The position numbers and the translations under genes are program-made. From contig NW_027142314.1 of NCBI RefSeq assembly GCF_036365525.1, forward strand, positions 1 to 60,603: DNA of 60,603 bases. Direction: 5' to 3'. Each line of letters begins with the position of its first letter. Position 1 is the first letter of the stretch. Below are positions 12,201-23,480 of this stretch, in pieces. The notes beneath the pieces are model-generated. The model saw nothing but the letters and a program-made list of their open reading frames with translations. It made no database searches and was not told where the DNA came from. This stretch comes from Heterodontus francisci. Taxonomy: Eukaryota.

Positions 12201-15200
12201 CTGAATAAACAGTGACTCTGTACAGTTTCAAAGTGAGTGATCCTCACCCTGAATAAACAGTGACTCTGCACAGTTACACAGTGAGTGACCCTCACCCTGA
12301 ATAAACAGTGACTCTGTACAGTTACACAGTGAGTGATCCTCACCCTGAATAAACAGTGACTCTGTACAGTTACACAGCGAGTGATCCTCACCCTGAATAA
12401 ACAGTGACTCTGTACAGTTACACAGTGAGTGACCCTCACCCTGAATAAACAGTGACTCTGTACAGTTACACAGTGAGTGATCCTCGCCCTGAATAAACAG
12501 TGACTCTGTGCAGTTACACAGTGAGTGACCCTCACCCTGAATAAACAGTGACTCTGTACAGTTACAGTGAGTGATCCTCACCCTGAATAAACAGTGACTC
12601 TGTACAGTTACACAGCGAGTGATCCTCACCCTGAATAAACAGTGACTCTGTACAGTTACACAGTGAGTGACCCTCACCCTGAATAAACAGTGACTCTGTA
12701 CAGTTACACAGTGAGTGATCCTCGCCCTGAATAAACAGTGACTCTGTGCAGTTACACAGTGAGTGACCCTCACCCTGAATAAACAGTGACTCTGTACAGT
12801 TACAGTGAGTGATCCTCACCCTGAATAAACAGTGACTCTGTACAGTTACACAGCGAGTGACCCTCACCCTGAATAAACAGTGACTCTGTACAGTTACACA
12901 GTGAGTGATCCTCACCCTGAATAAACAGTGACTCTGTACAGTTACACAGTGAGTGATCCTCACCCTGAATAAACAGTGACTCTGTACAGTTACACAGTGA
13001 GTGATCCTCACCCTGAATAAACAGTGACTCTGCACAGTTACACAGCGAGTGACCCTCACCCTGAATAAACAGTGACTCTGTACAGTTTCAAAGTGAGTGA
13101 TCCTCACCCTGAATAAACAGCGACTCTGCACAGTTACAGAGTGAGTGATCCTCACCCGGAATAAACAGTGACTCTGTACAGTTACACAGTGAGTGATCCT
13201 CACCCTGAATAAACAGTGACTCTGTACAGTTACACAGTGAGTGATCCTCACCCTGAATAAACAGTGACTCTGTACAGTTACACAGTGAGTGATCCTCACC
13301 CTGAATAAACAGTGACTCTGTACAGTTACACAGCGAGTGATCCTCACCCTGAATAAACAGTGACTCTGTACAGTTTCAAAGTGAGTGATCCTCACCCTGA
13401 ATAAACAGTGACTCTGTACAGTTACACAGTGAGTGATCCTCACCCGGAATAAACAGTGACTCTGTACAGTTACACAGCGAGTGATCCTCACCCGGAATAA
13501 ACAGTGACTCTGTACAGTTACACAGTGAGTGATCCTCACCCTGAATAAACAGTCACTCTGTACAGTTACACAGCGAGTGATCCTCACCCGGAATAAACAG
13601 TGACTCTGTACAGTTACACAGTGAGTGATCCTCACCCTGAATAAACAGTCACTCTGTACAGTTACACAGTGAGTGATCCTCACCCTGAATAAACAGTGAC
13701 TCTGTCCAGTTACACAGTGAGTGACCCTCACCCTGAATAAACAGTGACTCTGTACAGTTACACAGTGAGTGATCCTCACCCGGAATAAACAGTGACTCTG
13801 TACAGTTACACAGCGAGTGATCCTCACCCGGAATAAACAGTGACTCTGTACAGTTACACAGTGAGTGATCCTCACCCTGAATAAACAGTCACTCTGTACA
13901 GTTACACAGCGAGTGATCCTCACCCTGAATAAACAGTAACTCTGTACAGTTACACAGTGAGTGATCCTCACCCTGAATAAACAGTGACTCTGTACAGTTA
14001 CACAGTGAGTGACCCTCACCCTGAATAAACAGTGACTCTGTACAGTTACACAGTGATCCTCACCCTGAATAAACAGTGACTCTGTACAGTTACACAGCGA
14101 GTGATCCTCACCCTGAATAAACAGTGACTCTGTACAGTTACACAGTGAGTGACCCTCACCCTGAATAAACAGTGACTCTGTACAGTTACACAGTGAGTGA
14201 TCCTCACCCTGAATAAACAGTGACTCTGTACAGTTACACAGTGAGTGACCCTCACCCTGAATAAACAGTGACTCTGTACAGTTACACAGTGAGTGATCCT
14301 CACCCTGAATAAACAGTGATTCTGTACAGTTACACAGTGAGTGATCCTCACCCTGCTGAATAAACAGTGACTCTGTACAGTTACACAGCGAGTGACCCTC
14401 ACCCTGAATAAACAGTGACTCTGTACAGTTACACAGTGAGTGATCCTCACCCTGAATAAACAGTGACTCTGTACAGTTACACAGTGAGTGATCCTCACCC
14501 TGAATAAACAGTGACTCTGTACAGTTACACAGCGAGTGATCCTCACCCTGAATAAACAGTGACTCTGTACAGTTACACAGCGAGTGATCCTCACCCGGAA
14601 TAAACAGTGACTCTGTACAGTTACACAGTGAGTGATCCTCACCCTGCTGAATAAACAGTGACTCTGTACAGTTACACAGCGAGTGATCCTCACCCGGAAT
14701 AAACAGTGACTCTGTACAGTTACACAGTGAGTGATCCTCACCCTGCTGAATAAACAGTGACTCTGTACAGTTACACAGTGAGTGACCCTCACCCTGAATA
14801 AACAGTGACTCTGTACAGTTACACAGTGAGTGACCCTCACCCTGAATAAACAGTGACTCTGTACAGTTACACAGTGAGTGATCCTCACCCTGCTGAATAA
14901 ACAGTGACTCTGTACAGTTACACAGCGAGTGATCCTCACCCGGAATAAACAGTGACTCTGTACAGTTACACAGTGAATGACCCTCACCCTGAATAAACAG
15001 TGACTCTGTACAGTTACACAGTGAGTGACCCTCACCCTGAATAAACAGTGACTCTGTACAGTTACACAGTGAGTGATCCTCACCCTGAATAAATAGTGAC
15101 TCTGTACAGTTACACAGTGAGTGATCCTCATCCTGAATAAACAGTGACTCTGTACAGTTACACAGCGAGTGATCCTCATCCTGAATAAACAGTGACTCTG

Positions 15201-18200
15201 TACAGTTACACAGCGAGTGATCCTCACCCTGAATAAACAGTAACTCTGTACAGTTACACAGTGAGTGACCATCACCCTGAATAAACAGTGACTCTGCACA
15301 GTTACACAGTGAGTGATCCTCACCCTGAATAAACAGTGACTCTGTACAGTTACACAGTGAGTGATCCTCACCCTGAATAAACAGTGACTCTGTACAGTTA
15401 CACAGTGAGTGATCCTCACCCTGAATAAACAGTGACTCTGTACAGTTACACAGTGAGTGCTCCTCACCCTGAATAAACAGTGACTCTGTACAGTTACACA
15501 GCGAGTGATCCTCATCCTGAATAAACAGTGACTCTGTACAGTTACACAGCGAGTGATCCTCATCCTGAATAAACAGTGACTCTGTACAGTTACACAGTGA
15601 GTGATCCTCACCCTGAATAAACAGTGACTCTGTACAGTTACACAGTGAGTGCTCCTCACCCTGAATAAACAGTGACTCTGTACAGTTACACAGCGAGTGA
15701 TCCTCATCCTGAATAAACAGTGACTCTGTACAGTTACACAGTGAGTGACCCTCACCCTGAATAAACAGTGACTCTGTCCAGTTACACAGCGAGTGATCCA
15801 CACCCTGAATAAACAGTGACTCTGTACAGTTACACAGCGAGCGATTCTCACCCTGAATAAACAGTGACTCTGTACAGTTACACAGTGAGTGATCCTCACC
15901 CTGAATAAACAGTGACTCTGTACAGTTACACAGTGAGTGACCCTCATCCTGAATAAACAGTGACTCTGTACAGTTACACAGCGAGTGATCCTCACCCTGA
16001 ATAAACAGTAACTCTGTACAGTTACACAGTGAGTGATCCTCACCCTGAATAAACAGTGACTCTGTACAGTTACACAGTGAGTGATCCTCACCCTGAATAA
16101 ACAGTGACTCTGTACAGTTACACAGTGAGTGCTCCTCACCCTGAATAAACAGTGACTCTGTACAGTTACACAGCGAGTGATCCTCATCCTGAATAAACAG
16201 TGACTCTGTACAGTTACACAGTGAGTGATCCTCACCCTGAATAAACAGTGACTCTGTACAGTTACACAGTGATCCTCACCCTGAATAAACAGTGACTCTG
16301 TACAGTTACACAGTGAGTGACCCTCACCCTGAATAAACAGTGACTCTGTACAGTTACACAGCGAGTGATCCTCACCCTGAATAAACAGTGACTCTGTACA
16401 GTTACACAGAGAGTGATCCTCACCCTGAATAAACAGTGACTCTGTACAGTTACACAGTGAGTGATTCTCACCCTGAATAAACAGTAACTCTGTACAGTTA
16501 CACAGTGATCCTCACCCTGAATAAACAGTGACTCTGTACAGTTACACAGTGAGTGACCCTCACCCTGAATAAACAGTGACTCTGTACAGTTACACAGTGA
16601 TCCTCACCCTGAATAAACAGTGACTCTGTACAGTTACACAGCGAGTGATCCTCACCCTGAACAAACAGTGACTCTGTACAGTTACACAGCGAGTGATCCT
16701 CACCCTGAATAAACAGTAACTCTGTACAGTTACACAGTGATCCTCACCCTGAATAAACAGTGACTCTGTACAGTTACACAGTGAGTGACCCTCACCCTGA
16801 ATAAACAGTGACTCTGTACAGTTACACAGCGAGTGATCCTCACCCTGAATAAACAGTAACTCTGTACAGTTACACAGTGATCCTCACCCTGAATAAACAG
16901 TGACTCTGTACAGTTACACAGTGAGTGACCCTCACCCTGAATAAACAGTGACTCTGTACAGTTACACAGTGATCCTCACCCTGAATAAACAGTGACTCTG
17001 TACAGTTACACAGCGAGTGATCCTCACCCTGAATAAACAGTGACTCTGTACAGTTACACAGTGAGTGACCCTCACCCTGAATAAACAGTGACTCTGTACA
17101 GTTACACAGTGAGTGATCCTCACCCTGAATAAACAGTGACTCTGTACAGTTACACAGTGATCCTCACCCTGAATAAACAGTGACTCTGTACAGTTCCACA
17201 GTGAGTGACCCTCACCCTGAATAAACAGTGACTCTGTACAGTTACACAGTGAGTGATCCTCACCCTGAATAAACAGTGACTCTGTACAGTTACACAGTGA
17301 TCCTCACCCTGAATAAACAGTGACTCTGTACAGTTACACAGCGAGTGACCCTCGCCCTGAATAAACAGTGACTCTGTACAGTTACACAGTGAGTGATCCT
17401 CACCCTGAATAAACAGTGACTCTGTACAGTTACACAGTGAGTGACCCTCACCCTGAATAAACAGTGACTCTGTACAGTTACACAGCGAGTGACCCTCACC
17501 CTGAATAAACAGTGACTCTGTACAGTTACACAGCGAGTGACCCTCACCCTGAATAAACAGTGACTCTGTACAGTTACACAGCGAGTGATCCTCACCCTGA
17601 ATAAACAGTGACTCTGTACAGTTACACAGCGAGTGATCCTCACCCTGAATAAACAGTGACTCTGTACAGTTACACAGTGAGTGACCCTCACCCTGAATAA
17701 ACAGTGACTCTGTACAGTTACACAGCGAGTGATCCTCACCCTGAATAAACAGTGACTCTGTACAGTTACACAGCGAGTGACCCTCACCCTGAATAAACAG
17801 TGACTCTGTACAGTTACACAGCGAGTGATCCTCACCCTGAATAAACAGTGACTCTGTACAGTTACAGTGAGTGATCCTCACCCTGAATAAACAGTGACTC
17901 TGTACAGTTACACAGTGAGTGATTCTCACCCTGAATAAACAGTGACTCTGTACAGTTACACAGTGAGTGACCCTCACCCTGAATAAACAGTGACTCTGTA
18001 CAGTTACACAGTGAGTGACCCTCACCCTGAATAAACAGTGACTCTGTACAGTTACACAGCGAGTGATCCTCACCCTGAATAAACAGTGACTCTGTACAGT
18101 TACACAGTGAGTGACCCTCACCCTGAATAAACAGTGACTCTGTACAGTTACACAGTGAGTGACCATCACCCTGAATAAACAGTGACTCTGTACAGTTACA

Positions 18201-21119
18201 CAGTGAGTGACCCTCACCCTGAATAAACAGTGACTCTGTACAGTTACACAGCGAGTGATCTTCACCCTGAATAAACAGTGACTCTGTACAGTTACACAGT
18301 GAGTGATCCTCACCCTGAATAAACAGTGACTCTGTACAGTTACACAGCGAGTGATCCTCACCCTGAATAAACAGTGACTCTGTACAGTTACACAGTGAGT
18401 GACCCTCACCCTGAATAAACAGTGACTCTGTACAGATACACAGTGAGTGATCCTCACCCTGAATAAACAGTGACTCTGTACAGTTACACAGTGAGTGACC
18501 CTCACCCTGAATAAACAGTGACTCTGTACAGTTACACAGTGAGTGATCCTCACCCTGAATAAACAGTGACTCTGTACAGTTACACAGCGAGTGATCCTCA
18601 CCCTGAATAAACAGTGACTCTGTACAGTTACACAGTGAGTGACCCTCACCCTGAATAAACAGTGACTCTGTACAGTTACACAGTGAGTGACCCTCACCCT
18701 GAATAAACAGTGACTCTGTACAGTTACACAGTGAGTGATCCTCACCCTGAATAAACAGTGACTCTGTACAGTTACACAGTGAGTGATCCTCACCCTGAAT
18801 AAACAGTGACTCTGTACAGTTACACAGTGAGTGATCCTCACCCTGAATAAACAGTGACTCTGTACAGTTACACAGCGAGTGATCACCACCCTGAATAAAC
18901 CGTGACTCTGTACAGTTACACAGTGAGTGACCCTCACCCTGAATAAACAGTGACTCTGTACAGTTACACAGTGAGTGATCCTCACCCTGAATAAACAGTG
19001 ACTCTGTACAGTTACACAGTGAGTGATCCTCACCCTGAATAAACAGTGACTCTGTACAGTTACACAGTGAGTGATCCTCACCCTGAATAAACAGTGACTC
19101 TGTACAGTTACACAGTGAGTGATCACCACCCTGAATAAACAGTGACTCTGTACAGTTACACAGTGAGTGATCCTCACCCTGAATAAACAGTGACTCTGTA
19201 CAGTTACACAGTGAGTGATCCTCACCCTGAATAAACAGTGACTCTGTACAGTTACACAGTGAGTGATCCTCACCCTGAATAAACAGTGACTCTGTACAGT
19301 TACACAGTGAGTGACCCTCACCCTGAATAAACAGTGACTCTGTACAGTTACACAGTGAGTGACCCTCACCCTGAATAAACAGTGACTCGTACAGTTACAT
19401 CAAGTACTGAGTCCAGGGTGGGGGAGTGGCAACCCTGGAGACCCCAAGTAATAAGTCGTGGGGAAGGGAGCAACGCCAGAGATGCTACATACAGAGTCCT
19501 GGGGATGGGAACCCCAAAGACGGCAAGTACCAAGGCCTGGGGAGTGGGATAACCCCGGAAACAATAAGTGCCGGGTCCTGGGGAAGGGGAACCCTGGATG
19601 ATACCATGTACCAAGTCCCAGGGAGGGGAGGAACACCAGAGACACCAAGGACCGAGTTCTGGGGACAGGGAGAACCCCAGGAAACACCAATTACTGAGTC
19701 ATGGAGAGGGAAATCCCCAAAGTACTAGGTCCTGGGCGTGGGAACGCCAGGACAGACGAAGCAATGTGTCCTGGGGAGGGGGAACCCAAGGAGACTCCAA
19801 GCTCCGGTTCCCGGTGGGGTATCCTCGTGAGACGGCAAGTACCGAGTCCTGGGGAGGGGGAATCCTGTGGGACGCCAGGTAACGAGTCCTGGGGAGCGGA
19901 GACCCTGGGAGACACCAAGTACCGAGTCCTGGGAAGGGGGAAACCCCAGGAGACGCCAAGAACCAGGTTCTGGGGAGGGAGACCCCTGGATACGCCAAGT
20001 ACCAAGTCCTGGGGAGGGTTAACGCGGGAGCCGCCAAGTACCGGGTCCTGGGGAGGGGGACCCCTGGATACGCCAAGTACCGGGTCCTGGGGAGGGGGAA
20101 ACCCCGGGAGACGCCAAGTACCGGGTTCTGGGGAGGGAAACCCCGGGAGACGCCAAGTACCGAGGGGGGGAACCCCGGGAGACGCCAAGTATCGAGTCCT
20201 GGGGAGGGACAACCCCGGGAGGCGCCAGTACCGAGTCCTGGGGAGGGGGAAATCCCGGGAGATGCCAAGTACCGGGTCCTGGGGAGGGGGAAACCCCGGG
20301 AGACGCCAAGTACCGGGTTCTGGAGAAAATCCCCCAGGAGACGCCAAGTACCAAGTCCTGGGGAGGGGGAAACCCCGGGAGACGCCAAGTACCGAGGGGG
20401 GATCCCCGGGAGACGCCAAGTACCGTGGCCTGGGGAGGGGGAGCCCCGGGAGACGCCAAGTATCGAGGGGGGGGGGGACCCCGGGAGACGCCAAGTACTG
20501 AGTCCTGGGGAGGGGTAACCCCGGGAGATGCCAAGTACCGAATCCTGGGGAGGGGGAACCCCGGGAGACGCCAAGTACCGAGTCCTGGGGAGGGGGAACC
20601 CCGGGAGACGCCAAGTACCGGGTCCTGGGGAGGGGGAACCCCGGGAGACGCCAAGTACCGAGTCCTGGGGAGGGGGGAACCCCGGGAGACGCCAAGTACC
20701 GGGTCCTGGGGAGGGGGAACCCCGGGAGACGCCAAGTACCGGGTCCTGGGGAGGGGGGAACCCCGGGAGACGCCAAGTACCGGGTCCTGGGGAGGGGGAA
20801 CCCCGGGAGACGCCAAGTACCGGGTCCTGGGGAGGGGGGAACCCCGGGAGACGCCAAGTACCGGGTCCTGGGGAGGGGGGAACCCCGGGAGACGCCAAGT
20901 ACCGGGTCCTGGGGAGGGGGGAACCCCCCAAACGGGGTTCACCTGATACTCCGGGAGCTGCCTCAGCAGGAAGCAGGCAAGCGCCTCGTCGCAGTGGAAG
21001 GTTCCGTCGTGGGTCCCAATCTGGGGCCGGGGCCTCGGCCTCTTGTGCTCCGGCTGCCCGGCCATGAGGCGAGGAGAGGCAGCCATCCAGCGGCGGAAAC
21101 AAAGAGCGGGGACAGACAT
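3255..21119 (-). CDS. MYG1: MYG1 exonuclease (C12orf10 ortholog), 7 exons: 20943-21119, 9850-9962, 9379-9538, 8627-8776, 7690-7812, 6938-7119, 3255-3453 (1104 nt, 367 aa)
   Basis: All introns are GT-AG with consistent phases. Motifs [65 protein letters not shown] and [11 protein letters not shown] are characteristic of the MYG1 family. The start codon is uncertain because several in-frame ATGs exist. Confidence 0.96.
3474..6880. repeat. ~70-bp minisatellite (GAGTGAGTTACAGACTGGAATCTAATCGAGGGGTTC...TATATATAGAATAACAGATACCCGG), ~49 copies, filling MYG1 intron 6
   Basis: Directly visible, highly homogeneous tandem array. Confidence 0.97.
7227..7552 (+). mobile_element. tRNA-derived V-SINE, HE1-like, near full length
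   Basis: Head GGGCGGCACG..TGGTTAGCACTGCAGCCTCACAGC with B box GGTTCGATTCC; V-domain TGTGTGGAGTTTGCA..GGGTTTCCTCCGGGTGCTCCGGTTTCCTCCCAC; CR1-like tail GGGCCGAAGGGCCTGTTTCAGTGCTGTAT. Confidence 0.88.
7929..8470 (-). mobile_element. Degraded CR1 LINE fragment
   Basis: Peptides [14 protein letters not shown] and [30 protein letters not shown]. Confidence 0.75.
8785..9117. repeat. AG-rich low-complexity tract (long pyrimidine tract on the MYG1 sense strand before exon 4)
   Basis: Nearly pure purine run on the + strand. Confidence 0.8.
9990..19397. repeat. 48-bp minisatellite (CCCTGAATAAACAGTGACTCTGTACAGTTACACAGTGAGTGATCCTCA), ~195 copies, in MYG1 intron 1
   Basis: Directly visible 9.4-kb array with 44-, 46- and 51-bp variant units. 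Confidence 0.98.
19400..20930. repeat. ~40-bp GC-rich minisatellite (CCCCGGGAGACGCCAAGTACCGGGTCCTGGGGAGGGGGAA) in MYG1 intron 1
   Basis: Tandem array, homogeneous near 20500-20930 and progressively degenerate toward 19400. Confidence 0.92.
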
Positions 21120-21154
21120 CCGGAACCCGGGTCGACGGGAGCGCGGGGCCGCCC

Positions 21155-21380
21155 GGACTACTTCCGGCCGCCGCCTTGTGTCCTGATAGGCGGAGGCCAT
21201 CTTTAGTACTGGCGCGACCCCACCCCCCCCCCCACTCCATGCTTGGGACATGCGCGTTCCGCCATCTTTCATACTGGCACGTGCATCCTCCATGCCTGCA
21301 ATAACATGCGGCCGCCATCTTTTATATTGGCACAAGCCTAGAACACGGTGGTGTGGGCCCCGCCATCTTTTATACTGGCA
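21155..21380 (-). promoter_or_regulatory. MYG1 CpG-rich promoter/5' region with an ETS site and four YY1-type motifs
   Basis: ACTTCCGG at 21160-21167. (C)GCCATCTTT (AAAGATGGC) occurs at ~21196, 21260, 21313 and 21361, each followed by a similar ATACTGGCA-like tail. Confidence 0.6.
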
Positions 21381-21460
21381 GTACACCCACCCACCTAAGG
21401 CAACATTCAAGGGGCAATAAAAAGCTTCACCCCAGGGTGGGTTGCAGGTGATAAATAGCC

Positions 21461-22115
21461 TGTATCAAGCCTGTGTCCTCAGTACCTTGCTCTACGGCAG
21501 CGAGGCCTGGACAACGTATGTCAGCCAAGAGTGACGTCTCAATTCATTCCATCTTCGCTGCCTCCGGAGAATACTTGGCATCAGGTGGCAGGACCGTATC
21601 TCCAACACAGAAGTCCTCGAGGCGGCCAACATCCCCAGCTTATACACACTACTGAGTCAGCGGCGCTTGAGATGGCTTGGCCATGTGAGCCGCATGGAAG
21701 ATGGCAGGATCCCCAAGGACGCATTGTACAGCGAGCTCGTCACCGGTATCAGACCCACCGGCCGTCCACGTCTCCGCTTTAAAGACGTCTGCAAACGCGA
21801 CATGAAGTCCTGTGACACTGACCACAAGTCGTGGGAGTCAGTTGCCAGCGATCGCCAGAGCTGGCGGGCAGCCATAAAGGCTGGGCTAAAGTGTGGCGAG
21901 TCGAAGAGACTTAGCAGTTGGCAGGACAAAAGACAGAAGCGCAAGGGGAGAGCCAACTGTGTAACAGCCCCAACAAACAAATTTCTCTGCAGCACCTGTG
22001 GAAGAGCCTGTCACTCTAGAATTGGCCTTTATAGCCACTCCAGGCGCTGCTTCACAAACCACTGACCACCTCCAGGCGCTTACCCATTCTCTCCCGAGAT
22101 AAGGAGGCCCAAAAG
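21461..22115 (+). mobile_element. 5'-truncated RTE-clade LINE 3' end
   Basis: YQACVLSTLLYGSEAWT..RLRWLGHVSRMEDGRIPK..GRPRLRFKD..CSTCGRACHSRIGLYSHSRRC is typical of the RTE ORF C-terminus. One in-frame stop occurs near 21532. Confidence 0.85.
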
Positions 22116-22288
22116 AACAGAGAAGCTAAATAGTGAGACACATCGTTAATTCGAAAGTATTTTTGTTTTGATCCAGTGCCTTTTGCAACCTCAGGACACC
22201 ACCAGCAGCCTACCTACTTACCCACCCACCCATCACCACCACCCCACCCCCCCTGCCCTGCTCCCAGCGCCTTTACAGAACATTTTTA

Positions 22289-22557
22289 GTACTTGTGTGG
22301 AGTTTGCAAGTTCTCCCTGTGTCTGCGTGGGTTTCCTCCCACAAGCCAAAAGACTTGCAGGTTGGTAGGTAAATTGGCCATTAAGAATTGTCACTAGTAT
22401 AGGTAGGTGGTAGGGGAAATATAGGGACAGGTGGGGATGTTTGGTAGGAATATGGGATTAGTGTAGGATTAGTATAAATGGGTGGTTGATGGTCGGCACA
22501 GACTCGGTGGGCCGAAGGGCCTGTTTCAGTGCTGTATCTCTAATCTAATCTAATCTA
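22289..22557 (+). mobile_element. 5'-truncated HE1-like V-SINE with (CTAAT)n tail
   Basis: Closely similar to the 3' two-thirds of the SINE at 7227-7552. Confidence 0.85.
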
Positions 22558-23227
22558 CTTCTCTTTCTTTTTTTTAAGTTGAGATGTAAGAAAAGTTGGT
22601 TGCAAACAAGCCCCTGGCACCACTGGTCCCGTTTGCCAAGACAGGAGGGAGCCATTTTGCCATTCTACTGCAGGAGGCATCGCAGAGAGCAGCCCCCCAT
22701 GAGGCCGAGCCCAGTCCCGGAACCAGGGGGGGGCGGGGAATTGGTGGGGTAGAGAGAGATCCTGGAGTTGTGTCGCGGAGTGACATGAGACAATGGGAAT
22801 CGGGAACATTTAGTCAAACTGTGGGAGTCGGACAAGGTGACACAGGGTCAGAGTGGCGAAGGGCAGGTTTAGGGTGATTATCAGAAAGTGGCCGCAGGGA
22901 ATGGGCTCCGGGGAGCGGGGAGAGAGAGAGAGAGAGAGCTCGTGGGGCAGAGACACCCCTGCAATCGACTGCATTCTGTAATTGCGATGGGGCCCGGGGT
23001 GGGAGGAGTGTCAGGTTTCTGAATCCATCAACAAAGATGGGCCGAAAGGCCTCCCCTGATCTGTAACGACCTTGAGGCCGGGAACTGCCCCCTCCCCGCA
23101 CCCCCGGCACCCACCCCACCAAAGAACCCCCTCACCACCCACCACAATCCGGCCCGAGATTGCCGTCCAGTTCAAACCCTCGCCGCAGAACTCAAAGGAA
23201 TCTCTTTACACACCTGTGGGCGACCCA

Positions 23228-23233
23228 TTTATT
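23228..23233 (-). terminator. Candidate PFDN5 polyadenylation signal AATAAA (alternative ATTAAA at 23345-23350)
   Basis: TTTATT on + strand ~250 nt past the TAG at 23481. Confidence 0.5.
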
Positions 23234-23480
23234 GACAGACTTTGTGGCTACAATCCGCTCGGCGATACACAACAGAGGGTTAAACGCTCACCGTAACCAG
23301 GTGACACACGCTCACTGGAAAAGTAACGCCCAACAATCTAACAATTTAATCTTCACAAATACAGGTAAGACAATCGGGACACCCGAGGGGGTCCGGTGCT
23401 GCGAGGAGCTGCGATTCGCTGCCGGAGGGACTCATTGTCGGGCTGTTGGCCTTGTGCTGTGGGGCGGGGCGGAGTCGCGG

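Noticed and set aside
9818-19369. Long Cys/His-rich repetitive ORFs ([16 protein letters not shown] / [16 protein letters not shown], up to 1079 aa)
   Set aside because: These are translations of a 48-bp intronic minisatellite. Two frames are open by chance and swap at 44/46-bp units, with no sign of frame preservation.
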